Shown here: positions 26,675 through 40,600 of the stretch, piece after piece | How positions within the stretch are numbered: the stretch's first letter is position 1 | Layout: every line of letters begins with the position of its first letter | Origin: Octopus vulgaris | Lineage: Eukaryota | DNA length: 64,000 nt | Reading direction: 5' to 3' | Assembly: GCA_951406725.2 (NCBI GenBank) | Contig: OX597836.1 | Location: 22,258,001 to 22,322,000 of the forward strand | The notes under the pieces: generated by a model | The model's input: the letters and a program-made list of their open reading frames with translations, nothing else | Told to the model about the DNA's origin: nothing | Databases searched by the model: none | Translations under genes and position numbers: made by a program

Positions 26675-27160
26675 TCATCATCATCATCGTTTAACATCCG
26701 CTTTCCATGCTAGCATGGGTTGGACGATTTTGACTGAGGGCTGGCGAACCAGATGGCTGCACCAGGCTCCAATCTTGATCTGGCAGAGTTTCTACAGCTG
26801 GATGCCCTTCCTAACGCCAAGCACTCCGAGAGTGTAGTGGGTGCTTTTTACGTGCCACCGGCATGGGGACCAGTCAGGCAGTACTGGCAATGACCTCGCT
26901 CGAATCTTTTTCCACGTGCCAGTGAAGCAATGTTAGTAATGATCACGCTCGAATGGTGCCCCTTTACATGCCACGGGTATGGAAGCCAGTTGGCTGCTCT
27001 GGCAACGATCACGCTTGGCTGGTGCTCTTGGTACCCTACTAGTACAGGTATAAGTGCCAGTAAGGCGACGCTGGTAACGATCATACTCGAATAGCCGCTC
27101 TGTCAATGATCACACTCGTATGGTGCTCTTTGCACCCTGCTAGCACGAATGCCAGTCATC
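26675..27160 (-). mobile_element. Non-autonomous retroelement with an RTE-like 3' end ((GAT)n tail) and internal tandem units; relatives at ~33560-33930(+), ~36455-36700(-) and ~46410-46770(-)
   Basis: Recurrent catcatcgtttaacgtccg.ttccatgctagcatgggttggacg terminus and a repeated internal 'acgatcac.ctcgaatggtgct'. Confidence 0.7.
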
Positions 27161-27627
27161 GAATTGGTGGGTGTGAGTGTGTGTTCATGTGCGTATGTGT
27201 GTGTGTGTGCTTGGGTCTCTTATATGCTGATTGTAAACAAATGGTGTAATTTGTTTGCAGTCTTCTCTGAAGACATGTCCATCCCTTGGAGTGATGATGT
27301 CTGAAGGACTAGGGTGAAACATTACCTCATTAAATACAGGTGATGATTGGTAACAGGAAGTGTATGCAATTTCAATGATCTCAGCAACTAGCACAAAGCT
27401 ACTTTACTCTCTACTGTACACCCTAATCCGTTGAGGGGGCTCTGTAGTCATGTGGGTTACTTGACAACCTCAGCAGTGCTGGTGGTGTTAAGGAGAACCC
27501 AACCTCACACGAAAAAAAAAAAAACACCCAGTACACTTTTGTTATGGTTGGCATCAATTAGGAAGAACAATTAATTTTCTATTTGCCTATATATATATAT
27601 ATATATATACTTTATTGCTAGCAAAAA

Positions 27628-27665
27628 CTGTCTGATGAACGGCAACGAGAAGCTCAGAGTAACAG
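27628..27665 (+). ncRNA. Hammerhead motif, paralog of 1487-1524 (degenerate)
   Basis: CTGT-CTGATGA-ACG(GCAA)CGA-GAAG-CTC(A)GAG-TA-ACAG: canonical CUGAUGA, but GAAA>GAAG. Confidence 0.6.
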
Positions 27666-28340
27666 ATTTTGTTGAATTTTCTGCTGCTTAAAATAAAGCA
27701 TATTACTCTACCACTGGTATTTGAGTACTCTTTTTTCCACCTTGTTTCACATTTATGTGTTTACTCCGGTATATATATATAGATAGATAGATATAGATAT
27801 GGGTGAGTAGGTGTGTGTATTCTTTTATTCTTTTACTAGTTTCAATCATTTGGCAGCAGCCATGCTGGAGCACTGCCATGAAAGGTTTTAGTTGAACAAA
27901 TTGGCCCCAGGATTGATTTTTAAACCTAGTACTTATTCTATCGGTTTCCTTTGCCAAACTGTTAAGTTACAGGGATGTAAACATACTAATACCGGTTGTC
28001 AAATGGTGATGAGGGAGAGGACAAACACATACATACATTTATTTATATATATATACACACACACACACACAATGGGCTTCTTTCAGTTTCCATCTACCAA
28101 ATCCACTCACAAGGCCCTGGTTTGCCCGAGGCTATAGAAGAAGACACTTGCTCAAGGTGCCACACAGCCATGCCTGCACCTATATATATATATATATGGC
28201 CTGCTCACGTGATATATGTATACATACGTACACAATTACACCAATATTTATGCATAAACATTTTATACCAACATATATTATAGAAGTTCGATAAGTGCTT
28301 ACACAAAAAGCCCTTGGCTCTCAAGTCACTGTTACTTCTG

Positions 28341-28399
<59 letters not shown>

Positions 28400-29231
28400 T
28401 TCCTGTTAACCCATACCGATCTGTAGATCTGTGTAGCAGCAAATGAAATAACAATGATAATAATAATAATAATAATAATCATAATAAACACAAACAACAG
28501 GAAAAGAAAAACAACAAACACATTAAACGAACTGAAATCCAAAATTGGTGGTGCCAAATTTTAGTTTAAAGAAGCAACAGCCAGGACATAATTCAGTGAG
28601 AATAGAGATAAAGGAGGAGAACAAGATGATGAAGAAGAAGAGGAGGATGAGAGAAGGTAGAAAAATCAAAGGTGTTGAGTTTACTTACTTCCTGATTTTT
28701 CCATAATGAGAGGTACAGCAGCATTGTAAAAGAGAAACATAATCAACCACAGAACATTAGTGGGGGTGGGGCATGGAGTGGAGGAAGAGGAGAGTTAAAG
28801 GGAGGGGGGAGAGAAGACGGGGCGAGGAAGAGAGAGAGGCAGAAGGGGAGGAGAGAGAAACACATGCAAGGATTTGAGCCCCAACAACATTATCTTTTTT
28901 ATATTTTACTTGTTTTCAGTCGTTAGACTGTGGCCATGCTGGGGCACCACCTTGAACGATTTTAATCAAATGAATCGACGCCCCCCCCCCCCCAGTACTC
29001 TTTGTCTTTTCTTTAAGCCTGGCACTTATTCTATTGGTTTCTTTTGCTGAAGTGCTAAGTTACGGGGATGTAAACACACCAACACCAGTTGTCAAGTGAT
29101 GATGGGGGACAAACATATACACAAAGACATGTACACACACACACATCTATATATATATATATATATTTGCCATGATAGATCGCTAGCCACTACACATTCT
29201 TCATTTTCTCTCCTTACTTTTTTCTGTGTTC

Positions 29232-29267
29232 CTTTCTGTGGAAGAGCATAGGCTCGAAATGTTAAAG
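29232..29267 (+). ncRNA. Minimal hammerhead-like motif (third family)
   Basis: CTTT-CTGTGGA-A-GAGC(ATAG)GCTC-GAAA-TG-TT-AAAG. The core A6 is altered. Confidence 0.5.
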
Positions 29268-30169
29268 ACTTTTTCACTTCCCAAGCGTTAAACTAATACA
29301 TCTGTTTGTCTACACCACCTGTCTTTGTCTTTTGTTTTTTTGTGAATTCTCCCTATATATCCCTCTCTCTCTCTCTTTGGGAGAGGCACAAGCACCTACA
29401 CACACACATACACACACGGCAGTAACTTCCACCTACCGAATTCAATCACAAAGCTCCGGTCGGCATGATGATGATGATGTGTGTGTATATATATATCCAT
29501 ATTCGACAGGTTTCTTTCCATTTCCATCTGTCAAGTCTACTCACAGGGCTTTGATCAGCCTGAGGCTATAGTAGAAGACACTTGCCGAAGGTGCCACACA
29601 GTGGGGACTGAACCTAGAAGCTTGAGGTTGAGAAGTAAGCTTTTTACCACACAGCCATGCCTGCACCTACACACACACACACACACACATACACACACAA
29701 TGGGCATCTTTCGGGCTCCAGTGTCTGCATATAACTTGTGAGATTAAGAGCCTACATCTGGAATGTTCCGCTCTAAAATGCAGGTCTGGTGTAAGGTATA
29801 TTTTTTTTTTAGGGTGGATGTTAGAGGGAAGACAGGCAGTTCTTCATGTTTGCAAACCTGCACCCACTTCACGTAATTAGCGCTGTTGTAGGCGTTATCA
29901 GCAGAATGTAATGAGCAATTATCTTTCCTGTTTCAGATTGATATTTTATAAAACTAGATACCTCTACTGTTATATTTGATTAGAGTTTTATAATATTTTA
30001 GATGATTAGACAGATAAGAATTGTTATTAATTTGCTTATTTTTCTTATCTAATTTCCATTTTCCCCAACCATTTTTTTTTTATTAAATAAAAATATCTTC
30101 CATCTGCTTTAATGTCAATCTACAGCACTTGAGGCCCTGAAAATAATGAATATGGAGGGGTGACATGTT

Positions 30170-30585
30170 TAACTCTTTAGCATTCAGATTACTCTGTCAA
30201 ATGTAATGTCTAATTATTCCCATTGTTCTGAATTAATCATGCATCCTCTTGTAGCTTTGACATTTCAATGATGTGTTTGTATCATTATCATCGTCCTTTA
30301 ATGTCTGTTTTAGGTTGGCATGAGTTGGATGGTTTGACATGGAGCTGACCAGCCGGGAGAGCTGTCCAGTCTCCAGTTGTCTGTTGTGGCATGTTTTCTA
30401 CAGTTGGATATCCTTCCAAATGCCAACTACTTTATAAAGCGTACTGGGTGCTTGCTATATATATTTTATAAATTTTTAGAATGACATTGTAGGGTAGGTG
30501 TGAGAGGTTAAATCTGGTCAGTTTTAACATAAAACAGGCTGAATATTTGGGCTGGACAGAGTTGGTTTGAATGCTAAACAGTTAA
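30170..30585. mobile_element. Second TTAA-target MITE family (ends TTAACYCTTTAGCATT...AATGCTAAAxxGTTAA) with a nested retro-fragment; relatives at ~15285-15497, ~38755-38910 and ~58213-58325
   Basis: Shared internal sequence (ccagatccrgyctctcacacctaccct) and inverted termini. Confidence 0.65.
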
Positions 30586-31145
30586 TGAAATCAACCTCAG
30601 AATATTACTACGACTTAATCTGGCAATGCTGGAGAGATCAATGATATAAAGTTAATCTAAGGATTTCAACTTTAAACTATTTCTTCTTATATTTATAACT
30701 TTATCAACTCACAATTTCTTCAATTGGTTTAACCCATTTGTTACCATATTTCTGCTGGAATACACTGCCTTTGTGTTTCAATCAATTTTAGAAATGGTGA
30801 ATTTAGTCAACTAACTTTGTTATTATTTAGCTGGTACTTGGAACACAGCAAATTTTGATGGAAGGTTTTTTAAATTTAGATCACGTCAATCTTTTTGTTA
30901 CAATATTTCTGCTGAAATACATAGTCTCAGATTAATAATGAATACTTTAGTGAAATAACTTTTTATGTAAGGAATCTGGTGTTTAGAATTTTAATTAACA
31001 TAAAATCTTAATGGAAAGTTTTAATTAAGATCACTTTAAGCAAGAGGTTTGTATCATAGAATTAGGAACAGTCTGAGGCAGGTCGGTATCAGAAGAGTTT
31101 TAAAAAAACATCTCTGATCATTCCTTGGTTTTTGTCTACAATATA

Positions 31146-31177
<32 letters not shown>

Positions 31178-32793
31178 GTTTTAATTTTTTTCTGAATCAA
31201 TTTCTAGCAAGTTGACAGACACATAGAGCCACTCTCATTAGTTGCTGTAGCGTATCTTTATTTCTCTGTAAGGAACATGGGGCCTGTTTCTGGGTTTCTG
31301 TGGCACATATATTCCTCCTCCTGCCACTGAATGGGATGCTGGTCCATCACAGGGTTACTCCTTTTTACCATCTGAGTGGACTGAAGCAACATGAAATGAA
31401 GTGTTTTGCTCAAGAACACAACGCATCGCCCGGTCCAGGAATTGAAACCACAATCTTACGATCATGATGCTGACACCCTAACCACTACACCATGTGCCTC
31501 TGTAATGTATCTAAGACTACATTATCTATTGACCCTCTACCTCATCTTTTTATAGATGGAAAGACACAAGAGAAATTTAGCTGCTATTTCTAGCAGGTCA
31601 ATTCCTTGTTGGCTCTGTAACCTTTTTAGTTGTCGTTGTTGTTGTTATATCCATCTAATATTTAATAGTGAGACACCAACACCCTCCCACCACTTAAAAC
31701 ATGAGCTTCTGAGCCGGTAAGCCAGATTTGGTTTTGTGGATTTGGTTTTGATATCAAAAAGCAAGAAGAGACTTCGTTGCTAGCAGCGTCAAACGTTGGA
31801 ATTTAAAAACAGAGTTAAATTAACTCTGGTTATGGTGGAAGGAAAATCTTAAGAAAAATCAGACAAGGGAGGATTAGAAGGCAAAAGAAAAAAAAAGTAG
31901 AAAAGGAAATCCCAAAAGCCAAAAATCATCTAAAATGGGGTTGGCAGTGGTGGAGGAATGGAAGGAGGAGGGATGGATGAAAAATATGAAAACCTCTTTT
32001 ATTTGGGAAAATAAACGCATGATGTATGATGTAAGTATGCTGTGTTTGTGTGGTGCACGCCATGACAGATGCATTACATTGTGTATGCACGACATATGCA
32101 CATCATGTGTGCAACGTTTCCATTCGAGACTGCAAGGCACCGTGCACAATATTCTTGGATTGAAAAGACAGATTTATTGCCAAATAAACCTTGAAATACA
32201 AAGTAACAAAAGAAAATTGATTTTAGCTTCCATCATCTTCAACCCCCCCCCGCCCCTCTACATTCTGTGTCCCCCACCCCACCACCACAACCCACTCCTT
32301 ACAAAACTTACATTAACTGTAAGCTTGTGTTTGTGCTTGCTTAAGTTCTCCTTTCCAAGTATGTATTTGTATAAATGTATATTTGGATAGAATAGATTTG
32401 TGCGTATACATTGCTAACTAAACCACACTATAAGTTGCCTGGTTGAGAATGTGTATGCACAAATGCATATACAGACACAAGTGTGTGAGAATAGTACAGG
32501 AGCCAGGCGCACAGTCAAATCTGGCCGTATGTAGCATATGTACAAACAAGCATCTCTTTTCCTATGTACACAAACATATGAATGCATGCGAATGTGTGTT
32601 GATATTAATACACATCTCAGGAGAGAGATAAATACATCGGAAGAAAAAAAAAAGGAAAACAAATGAGAGAGAGAGCAAGACAGAGCGAAAGAGACAAAGA
32701 GAGATCTCAGAAAATGAGAGGGATAGCAAGAGGGTGAGAGAGAGATAATAAGGGGGAAGAAAAGAAGGAGAGAAAGAAGTATAATCAACGAAC

Positions 32794-32868
32794 CTTTCAA
32801 AAGGTCGCTTCTTCACATAATTCTCCCGGACATATTCCATTAGTTGCTTCTGTGTCTTACCACTATAC
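32794..32868 (-). CDS. FARP: FARP-family exon (FERM-adjacent domain): (R)YSGKTQKQLMEYVRENYVKKRPFE(R)
   Basis: 75 bp, tacag| and AG|gttcgt, phase 2/2. YSG.TQKQ...F.R FA motif. Confidence 0.92.
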
Positions 32869-35590
32869 CTGTAATATAAGTGGGGAGAGAAGAAAGACAA
32901 TAGAGAAACGGATTAGTACAAGCACTGCAGTAATACACTAATAGAAATAAAAACTACATACATATACAAACACACACATATGTGTGTGTATATATATATA
33001 TATACACACACCAAATAAGTTGCTTATTTTGATTATAATCACCTTATTTTAAATTGTATAGATAATACCATACTAAATTCTGGTGCCTTCAACTTAAGTA
33101 CCATATTCATCTGAATCTAAATTTATATATATATATATATATACATAGACAGGGTGTCTCAAAAGTCACTGATGAGTTTCAATTTTTAATAATTCCTCAA
33201 CTTTACAAATGCATGCATGAAATTTTGATACAATACAAAGGACATAAGGTAAATTTTGCAACACCACTACATCACATACAAAAAAATGACATGCAATGGG
33301 ACTGAACCCAGAACTATGTGGTTGGGAAGCAGTCTTCTTACAACAGATTCACACCTGATTTTTTTTTTTAATTTGGTACTTATTCTATCAGTTTCTTTTG
33401 CTGAACTGTGAAGTTACAGAGCTGAAAACAAACATAACCAACACCAATTGTCAAGTTGTGGTGGTGGGAGAGGGGAAACAAACAAACAAACATTAAGATT
33501 TATTTATTTATTTATTACTGTTAGGCTTCCACACAGGCTCCACTTGTCAAATTCATGGGGTGCCTGAAACTTTGCAACAGAACACTTGCCCAAGGTGCTG
33601 TGTAGTGGGACTGAACCTGAAACCATGTTGTTGCAAAAGTGAGCTGGTTGATGTCAGTGCCCCCTGACTGGCTCCCATGCCAGTGGCATGTAAAAAGCAC
33701 CATCCAAACATGGTCAGTGCCAGTGACCCCTGACTGGCTCCTGTGCCAGTGGCACGTAAAAAGCACCCACTACACTCTCGGAGTGGTTGGTGTCAGGAAG
33801 GGCATCCAGCTGTAGAAACCTTGATCAGATTGAAACCTGATGCAGCCTACTGAGTTGCCAGTCCTCAGTCAGACCATCCGACCCATGCCAGCATGGAAAG
33901 CAGATGTTAAATGATGATGATGATGATGATAGACATACAAACAGATGGATAGACAGATGGATAGGTATAATATAGTTTTAAAAATTAGGTACGAAGATTC
34001 TATTTTCAATCAGCTGTGTCTGGCAGTACTTGTTAGATAAAAACCAATTTTCTACAATGAGATAATTATGCATGGAATTTACTCAGGCATCAAAAAGTAC
34101 TTAAAATTCCATATACACTTTACACATTGTTAATGTTTTATTTGTTATTTTTGTTTCTTTTTCTTTTTTTTTTTTTGGCTGCCAAGCAGAACCAAGGTCA
34201 AAAACATAGATAAATGTATATTTATAACATATTTATCTATCTTGAAGGGTTGTGTATGTACGTAGGCTTATCTCAGAAGGCTCTTATATACATTCACATG
34301 ATGATGATGACAGCATGCCTCCACCTGGGTTCACCGTTCGCTGCATTCACCTCTAGCTCTATCCATCCATCTTTCTCTCTTTTCATACACTTGTGAAAGA
34401 GACCAATAAACTAAGCACTAAGAATAAATACTGGGGTTGATTCATTCAACTAAAAATTCTTCAAGGCAGTGCCCCAAAATGGGCACAATCTAATAACTGA
34501 AACAAGATACACACACACACACACACATAAAAGTCTGAACATTGATTTTAAGTAAGAAACTACACCCTAAATCAGAGACTTTTTTTAATAAAAAAAACCT
34601 GTGACCATTCAAAAAGCCTCCCCATTCACCCTGTCCGATTCTCTGGACCATTCCTCTGATGTTCATCTCCCTGTAAGTCAAGGGTATGCCTCTGATACCT
34701 TTTCATCACCATCTTCCCTCCTTTTCCAACCATGGCAGCCACGTATCTCCTCTACAACAAGATACCTCTTTCAGTCCCTTTGTCATATTCTAACTTCTCA
34801 TCACCTGGTATAAAGCCACGTCCTTCAATACTACCAAGTCCCCAGTTGTGGTGTCCAGTCTTGCAAGTTACTTGTTGACTTCACTAGTGCTAGTGTCGTG
34901 TATAAGGCACCCTGTACACACTGCAAAATGGCTAGTCTCAGGAAGGGCACCCAACATAGAAGTCATGGCAAAGCAGACACTGGTGCTTGGGGTAGGCCTC
35001 TGGTTTGTTGAACCCTGTCAAACCGTCCACCTTATGCCAGTATGGGTTGGATGATGATGGTGATCACACACACACACCTTTTTCTGTATCTAAATATTCT
35101 GGCACAATAGATACAATCATCTGTAATGTTATGGTGTAATCACCAATTAAAGATGTGATCTTCTCCATTCTTATTCTTGTTGTCTTCTCGAAATTCTTCT
35201 AAGTGATATTTGGATTAACTTGTCATGCATGAACAATTACCTTGGATTTTTATTCTACTTACATTTATTGGTATCTGATGGTTGGATATAGCTAATCAAA
35301 TTCATTTAACATAAGTGCGTTACAGATAGCTACCTGGATATATTAATACCTTTCACTTCTTCTTATATCTATATATACATATATAACTCATTTGACCTTC
35401 ATATGTAAGTGTATGTATGTAGGTGTGTCTGTCTATCTGTCTTTTTGTATGTATGTATGTGTATTTTCAATATATTTGCTTTTAACTGTTCTACCAACTC
35501 TGAAACAGAGGACATTATCAAGTGATATGTAATTAAATGACAAAAAAATTCTGAAATTAAATCAACTTGCTCAGTGCCATTGTCACTTAC

Positions 35591-35751
35591 CGATACGACG
35601 ACCCTCGACTCACAACACGGGTTTTATTCCGTGGTAGTTTTTTCACCGTGTGGCATCGAAAGAATGCATGGTGTTCTATACATTTCTTCCAGAATCCTTT
35701 GCATTCGTTCCGACTCTCAAAGAAGAATTCCACTATATCCTTGTAGTAACC
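35591..35751 (-). CDS. FARP: FARP-family exon (end of F3, start of FA): GYYKDIVEFFFESRNECKGFWKKCIEHHAFFRCHTVKKLPRNKTRVVSRGSSY(R)
   Basis: 161 bp, ctcag| and CG|gtaagt, phase 0/2. CK.FWK.C.EHHAFFR and SRGSS.R motifs. Confidence 0.95.
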
Positions 35752-37693
35752 CTGAGCAAAGAGAAAGAGAGGAAGACAAAGGTGAATAAGAAATAATTAA
35801 GGTGAAGAAAAAAGAATGCAAAACTAGTTTGCTGTGTCGTTGTGTGGTTTTGGGATTCAATTTCACCATGTGGCAACTTAAGTGTCTTTTACTAAAAGCT
35901 TTAGGTTGACCAATGCTTTGTGAATGGATTTGGTAGACAGAAACTGTATGGAAGCACATCATATATGTGTGAGAAAGAGAGAGAGAGAGAGAGTGTGTGG
36001 TGTGTGTATGTGCATATATATATATTTATAAAAATGGTAAGACAACAAAAGAATGAAAGAGACCTCGATATTATGTAAATAGAGGAATTTATCTGTAAAT
36101 GTAATATGTGACAATTATTCCATAGCTATGATAAAACTCTGAGTTTCGGATGCTGAGGTGGAAATCCACGCCGCCATTTCTTGAGTTATCAGGCCATCGG
36201 AAAAAATGCTATGAAAAAGCCCGTTATACAAAGGGAAATTGCTGTGTGCTTGACCGTTATTAAGACAAAAGAGCTATTTGAATGACCGCTAAGTGAGGGG
36301 AGGGAGTAAAAGTAAGAGGTTAAAAAAGTTCATAGTATTCGCGTAAGCACGCATGTTCATACCTACACATGTGCGCCTGCACAACCACGTGCATGCACCT
36401 AAAAGTATACACTCATCCACCCTCACATGAAACATACACAACAATCTTGTTTTCATCATCATCATCGTTTAACGTCCGTTTTCCATGCTAACATGGGTTG
36501 GATGGTTTGACCGGGATCTGGGAAGCCAGAAGGCTGCACCAGGCTCCAGTCTGATCTGGCAGTGTTTCTACAGCTGGATGCCTTTCCTAATGCCAACCAC
36601 TCCGTGAGTGTAGTGGGTGCTTTTTACATGCCACCGGCACAGGTGCCAGGTGAGGCTGGCAATGGCCACGATCGGATTGGTGCTTTTTACGTGCCACCAT
36701 TTTCACATCGATGAAAAAAACTGGGGAGTAATTAAATTTGTTTTTAAAGCAGTGCCTGGTTAATGTGAGAGCCATTTCCATAAACCACATAGCAGGGTGT
36801 TGTATAGTTTTTTACACTGTTTTGGTTGATCCAAGGCCATAACGAAGGACATGTGTCCTCAATATGGCTGTCCAATAGGAATGAACATGGAATCATGGGA
36901 TTGTGAAACAAATACAGCCATGTTTGTTTATGACTAAATTAATTCAAAGCAGAATGAAATGTTTTAAATACAGAATACTGAGTGTGCATGTGTGTGTGTG
37001 TGTGTGTGCGTGTGTATGAGTGAGAAAGAGTGCGAGTGTGTGTATGTATAAGAGAATTAGAGTGTATATGTGAGTGAGAGGGTGTGCTTGCATCTATATA
37101 TGTGTGTGAGTAAGAGAGAGAGAGTTTAAGTGTGAGCGTATGAGATTGTGTGTGTGTGTGTGTGTGTGTTAGTGAAAACTGTGTATGTATGTTTGTTCAT
37201 ATTAGAAAAGCAATTTGTCATTTTGCTGTGTGAGCAGTCATGTTTAGTTAATCCTTCCTCACCGTCCAACTAACACCAGTTGCTGTGGATTTGTCAGTTA
37301 TCAGTAAACAGCAATAAATAATTCAAAACTATATCACACTCAACTGGCCCTTCCTTCTCTTTTGTGTGGATATTTGACCTGCTAGAAACAACAGTCGAAC
37401 CTTACTGTTCAAGTGATTTTGTTCCCCATGCCACCACAATGTGTTCTTATGTTGGCAACAACAAAAGGAAGCAAATAAAAGCCAGGCTATTTGGATAAGG
37501 AGCTTGCTTCCCAATCGTATGGTTTCCAGTTCAGTCCCTCTGTGTAGGACTTTGGGCAAGTGTCTTCCATTATAGCACCAAGCTGACTTAAAGCTGTGCA
37601 AGTGGATTTGATAGAAGGGAAATTGAAAGAAGCCAGTTACACACACACAGAACCATGCTTGTACCTATATACATTTGTGTGTGCATGTGTGTA

Positions 37694-37751
<58 letters not shown>

Positions 37752-37958
37752 ACACATGTTTTAAATTCTGTTTGTACAACCAAACCTATATATATATATA
37801 GTCATATAATATCTCAGTTGTGTGTGTATATAGAAACACACACACGTATATGCATATATATATATAGACACACACGTGTATATATAAATATATATAGACA
37901 CACACGCACGTGTTTACATAAATATAATCATATAATATCTCTGGTGTGTGTGTGTGTA

Positions 37959-38328
37959 TCTCTCTATATAAACGGCAGTTTGTCTGTGTGTGTTTCTGTG
38001 TGTCTGTTAGGTTGTACCCTCACCCTGACCACTGCTTTCAACCGATTCTGATGAAACTTGACACACACATAGCCCAAAGTCATAATTCAAAACTAACGCA
38101 GCGAAAATTTTGAAAAGTTCCCCCAGTTCTGAAAAAAATCGATGAATTCGACATGGGGTCGAGAATCAGAAACACAAACCATAAACTGTCTAGGGGACGC
38201 AACTCGACCTTTTTAACTAAAAAAAAAATTTACCATCATTTTTTTCCCATTTTTTGGCTATAACTCTCTAAAAATGCTTTATAGTTATTTCCCTTACAAA
38301 CCCGAGCAACGCCGGGCGATACTGCTAG
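37959..38328 (+). mobile_element. Non-autonomous Helitron (same family as 15808-16218)
   Basis: A|TCTCTCTATATAAACGGCAG ... CCCGAGCAACGCCGGGCG ATACTGCTAG|T. The 5' ~230 bp is similar to the other copy. Confidence 0.87.
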
Positions 38329-38912
38329 TACACATATATAATACACCTGGTAGTTTTCCGGTGAAGCACATTCACTGGGTTTTTAAACAAATGTAGTTTC
38401 TGTCTCTCTCATTAATCAAATCATACACACACACACACAAACAAACAAACATGTATGTGTGTTTATATATGTATGCATGTATGTATGTACATACATACAT
38501 GTATCTTCTGGTCAACACCCTAATTGGCAGGCTACATGCCTTTTACACACACAATCTTTTACACTATTTCCATCAACCAAAACGGCAGTGAGAAGACTAC
38601 GAGTCAGCCCAAGGCTAGACAATAGAAGAAATTAGTCCAAGGTGCTGCTGCACATTAGAATCAAACCCAAAACCAAGAGGTTGTAAAACGAACTTGTTAA
38701 CCCCACAGCCATGCCTCTCCCACCCTCTTGAATATGCTTTAACAAATATATACTTAACCCTGGCCATATACACCCCAAATATTCTCTACCTGTTTTATGT
38801 TCAAACCAGCCAGATCCGGTCTCTTACACTTTACCCTAGATTGCCATTTCAAACATAATTACATCACTGAAATCTTGGAGTAAGAGATGAGGCATGATTA
38901 ATTGAAAATAAT

Positions 38913-39071
38913 GTGGAGTGGCTGTGTGGTAAGTAGCTTGCTAACCAACCGCATGGTTCCGGGTTCAAGTCCCACTGCGTGGCATCTTGGGCAAGTGTCT
39001 TCTGCTATATCCCCGGGCCGACCAAAGCCTTGTGAGTGGATTTGGTAGACGGAAACTGAAAGAAGCATGTC

Positions 39072-39108
<37 letters not shown>

Positions 39109-39310
39109 TGTGTGTTTGTGTGTCTGTGTTTGTCCCCCTAGCATTGCTGGTGTGTTTACGTCCCCGTCACTTAGCGGTTCGGCAAAAGAGACCGATAGAA
39201 TAAGTACTGGGCTTACAAAGAATAAGTCCCAGGGTCGATTTGCTCGACTAAAGGCGGTGCTCCAGCATGGCCGCAGTCAAATGACTGAAACAAGTAAAAG
39301 AGTAAAGAGT
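38913..39310 (+). mobile_element. Young tRNA/CORE-type SINE (family A) with an internal (TA)n(TG)n microsatellite
   Basis: A box TGGCTGTGTGG, B box GGTTCAAGTCC, CORE-like CTTGGGCAAGT, tail AAAAGAGT. Near-identical to 55557-55955. Confidence 0.85.
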
Positions 39311-40002
39311 AAATAAGCAGTGTGTGGTTTAGTGGTCAGGGTATTTGGCTCATGATCATAAGGCTGTGAGTTCGATTCCTGGTGATACGTAATATCCTTG
39401 TGCAAGACACTTTATTTCATATTGCTCCACTCCACTCAGCAGGCAAAAGGGAATTGTACCTGTATTTCAAAGAGCTAGCTTTGTTATATTCTGTGAAATG
39501 CTGAATCTCCCTCAGAACTATGTTAAGGATATGTGTGTCTGTGGAGTGCTCAGCCACATGCACGTTAATTTCGTGAGCAGTCTGTTCCATTGATCAGATC
39601 AACTGGGACACTCGTCATTGTAATCAACAGAGTGCCAAGTATATTTGACAAATGGTAAATGGTTAATCTTTGTTATGTAATGAAAGAGTCGACAGCAAAT
39701 GGATGTGTAAAATATGGTGTCACTAAAGGTGGCTTGATCAGCTCTCACACACACACTCACACAATAACAAAATGCAGCAATGATTCTAATAAGAATAATA
39801 ATGATTTCAAATTTTGACACAAGGCCAGCAGGTTTGGGGAATGGGTTAAGTCAATTACATCAACTCCAGTGCTCAACTGGTACTTATTTTATCGACTCCA
39901 ACAAGATGAAAGGCAAAGTCGACTTCGGCGGAGTTTGTGACTCAGAATCTAAAGATGGATGAGATGCCGCTAAGCATTCTGCTTGGCATGGTAACAGTTC
40001 TT

Positions 40003-40600
40003 ATTTCTTTACTACCCACAAGGGGCTAAACATAGAGGGGACAAACAAGGACAGACAAAGGTATTAAGTCGATTACATCGACCCCAGTGCGTAACTGGTA
40101 CTTAATTTATCGACCCCGAAAGGATGAAAGGCAAAGTCGACCTCGGTGGAATTTGAACTCAGAACGTAACGGCAGACGAAATATCTATTTTTTTACTACC
40201 CACAAGGGGCTAAACACAGAGAGGACAAACAAGGACAGACAAATGGATTAAGTCGATTATATCGACCCCAGTGCGCAACTGGTACTTATTTAATCGACCC
40301 CGAACGGATGAAAGGCAAAGGAGACCTCGGTGGAATTTGAACTCAGAACGTAACGGCAGACGAAATATCTATTTCTTTACTACCCACAAGGGGCTAAGCA
40401 CAGAGAGGACAAACAAGGACAGACAAATGGATTAAGTCGATTATATCGACCCCAGTGCGCAACTGGTACTTATTTAATCGACACCAAAAGGATGAAAGGC
40501 AAAGTCGACCTCGGCAGAGTTTGAACTCAGAATGTAGCGGCAGACAAAATACCGCTAAGCATTTTGCCCGGCGTGCTAACGATTCTGCCAGCTTGCCACC
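40003..40600 (-). repeat. SINE with a trimeric ~183-bp body
   Basis: One head (GGTGGCAAGCTGGCAGAATCGTTAG) followed by three near-identical units. Confidence 0.85.

Noticed and set aside
31690-32200. Extra exon between the FA and giant exons
   Set aside because: The sequence looks unique, but I found no convincing acceptor/donor pair with an open phase-2 frame.
40003-40600. CRISPR-like array
   Set aside because: Units are contiguous ~183-bp SINE bodies without unique spacers, in a eukaryotic context with no cas genes.
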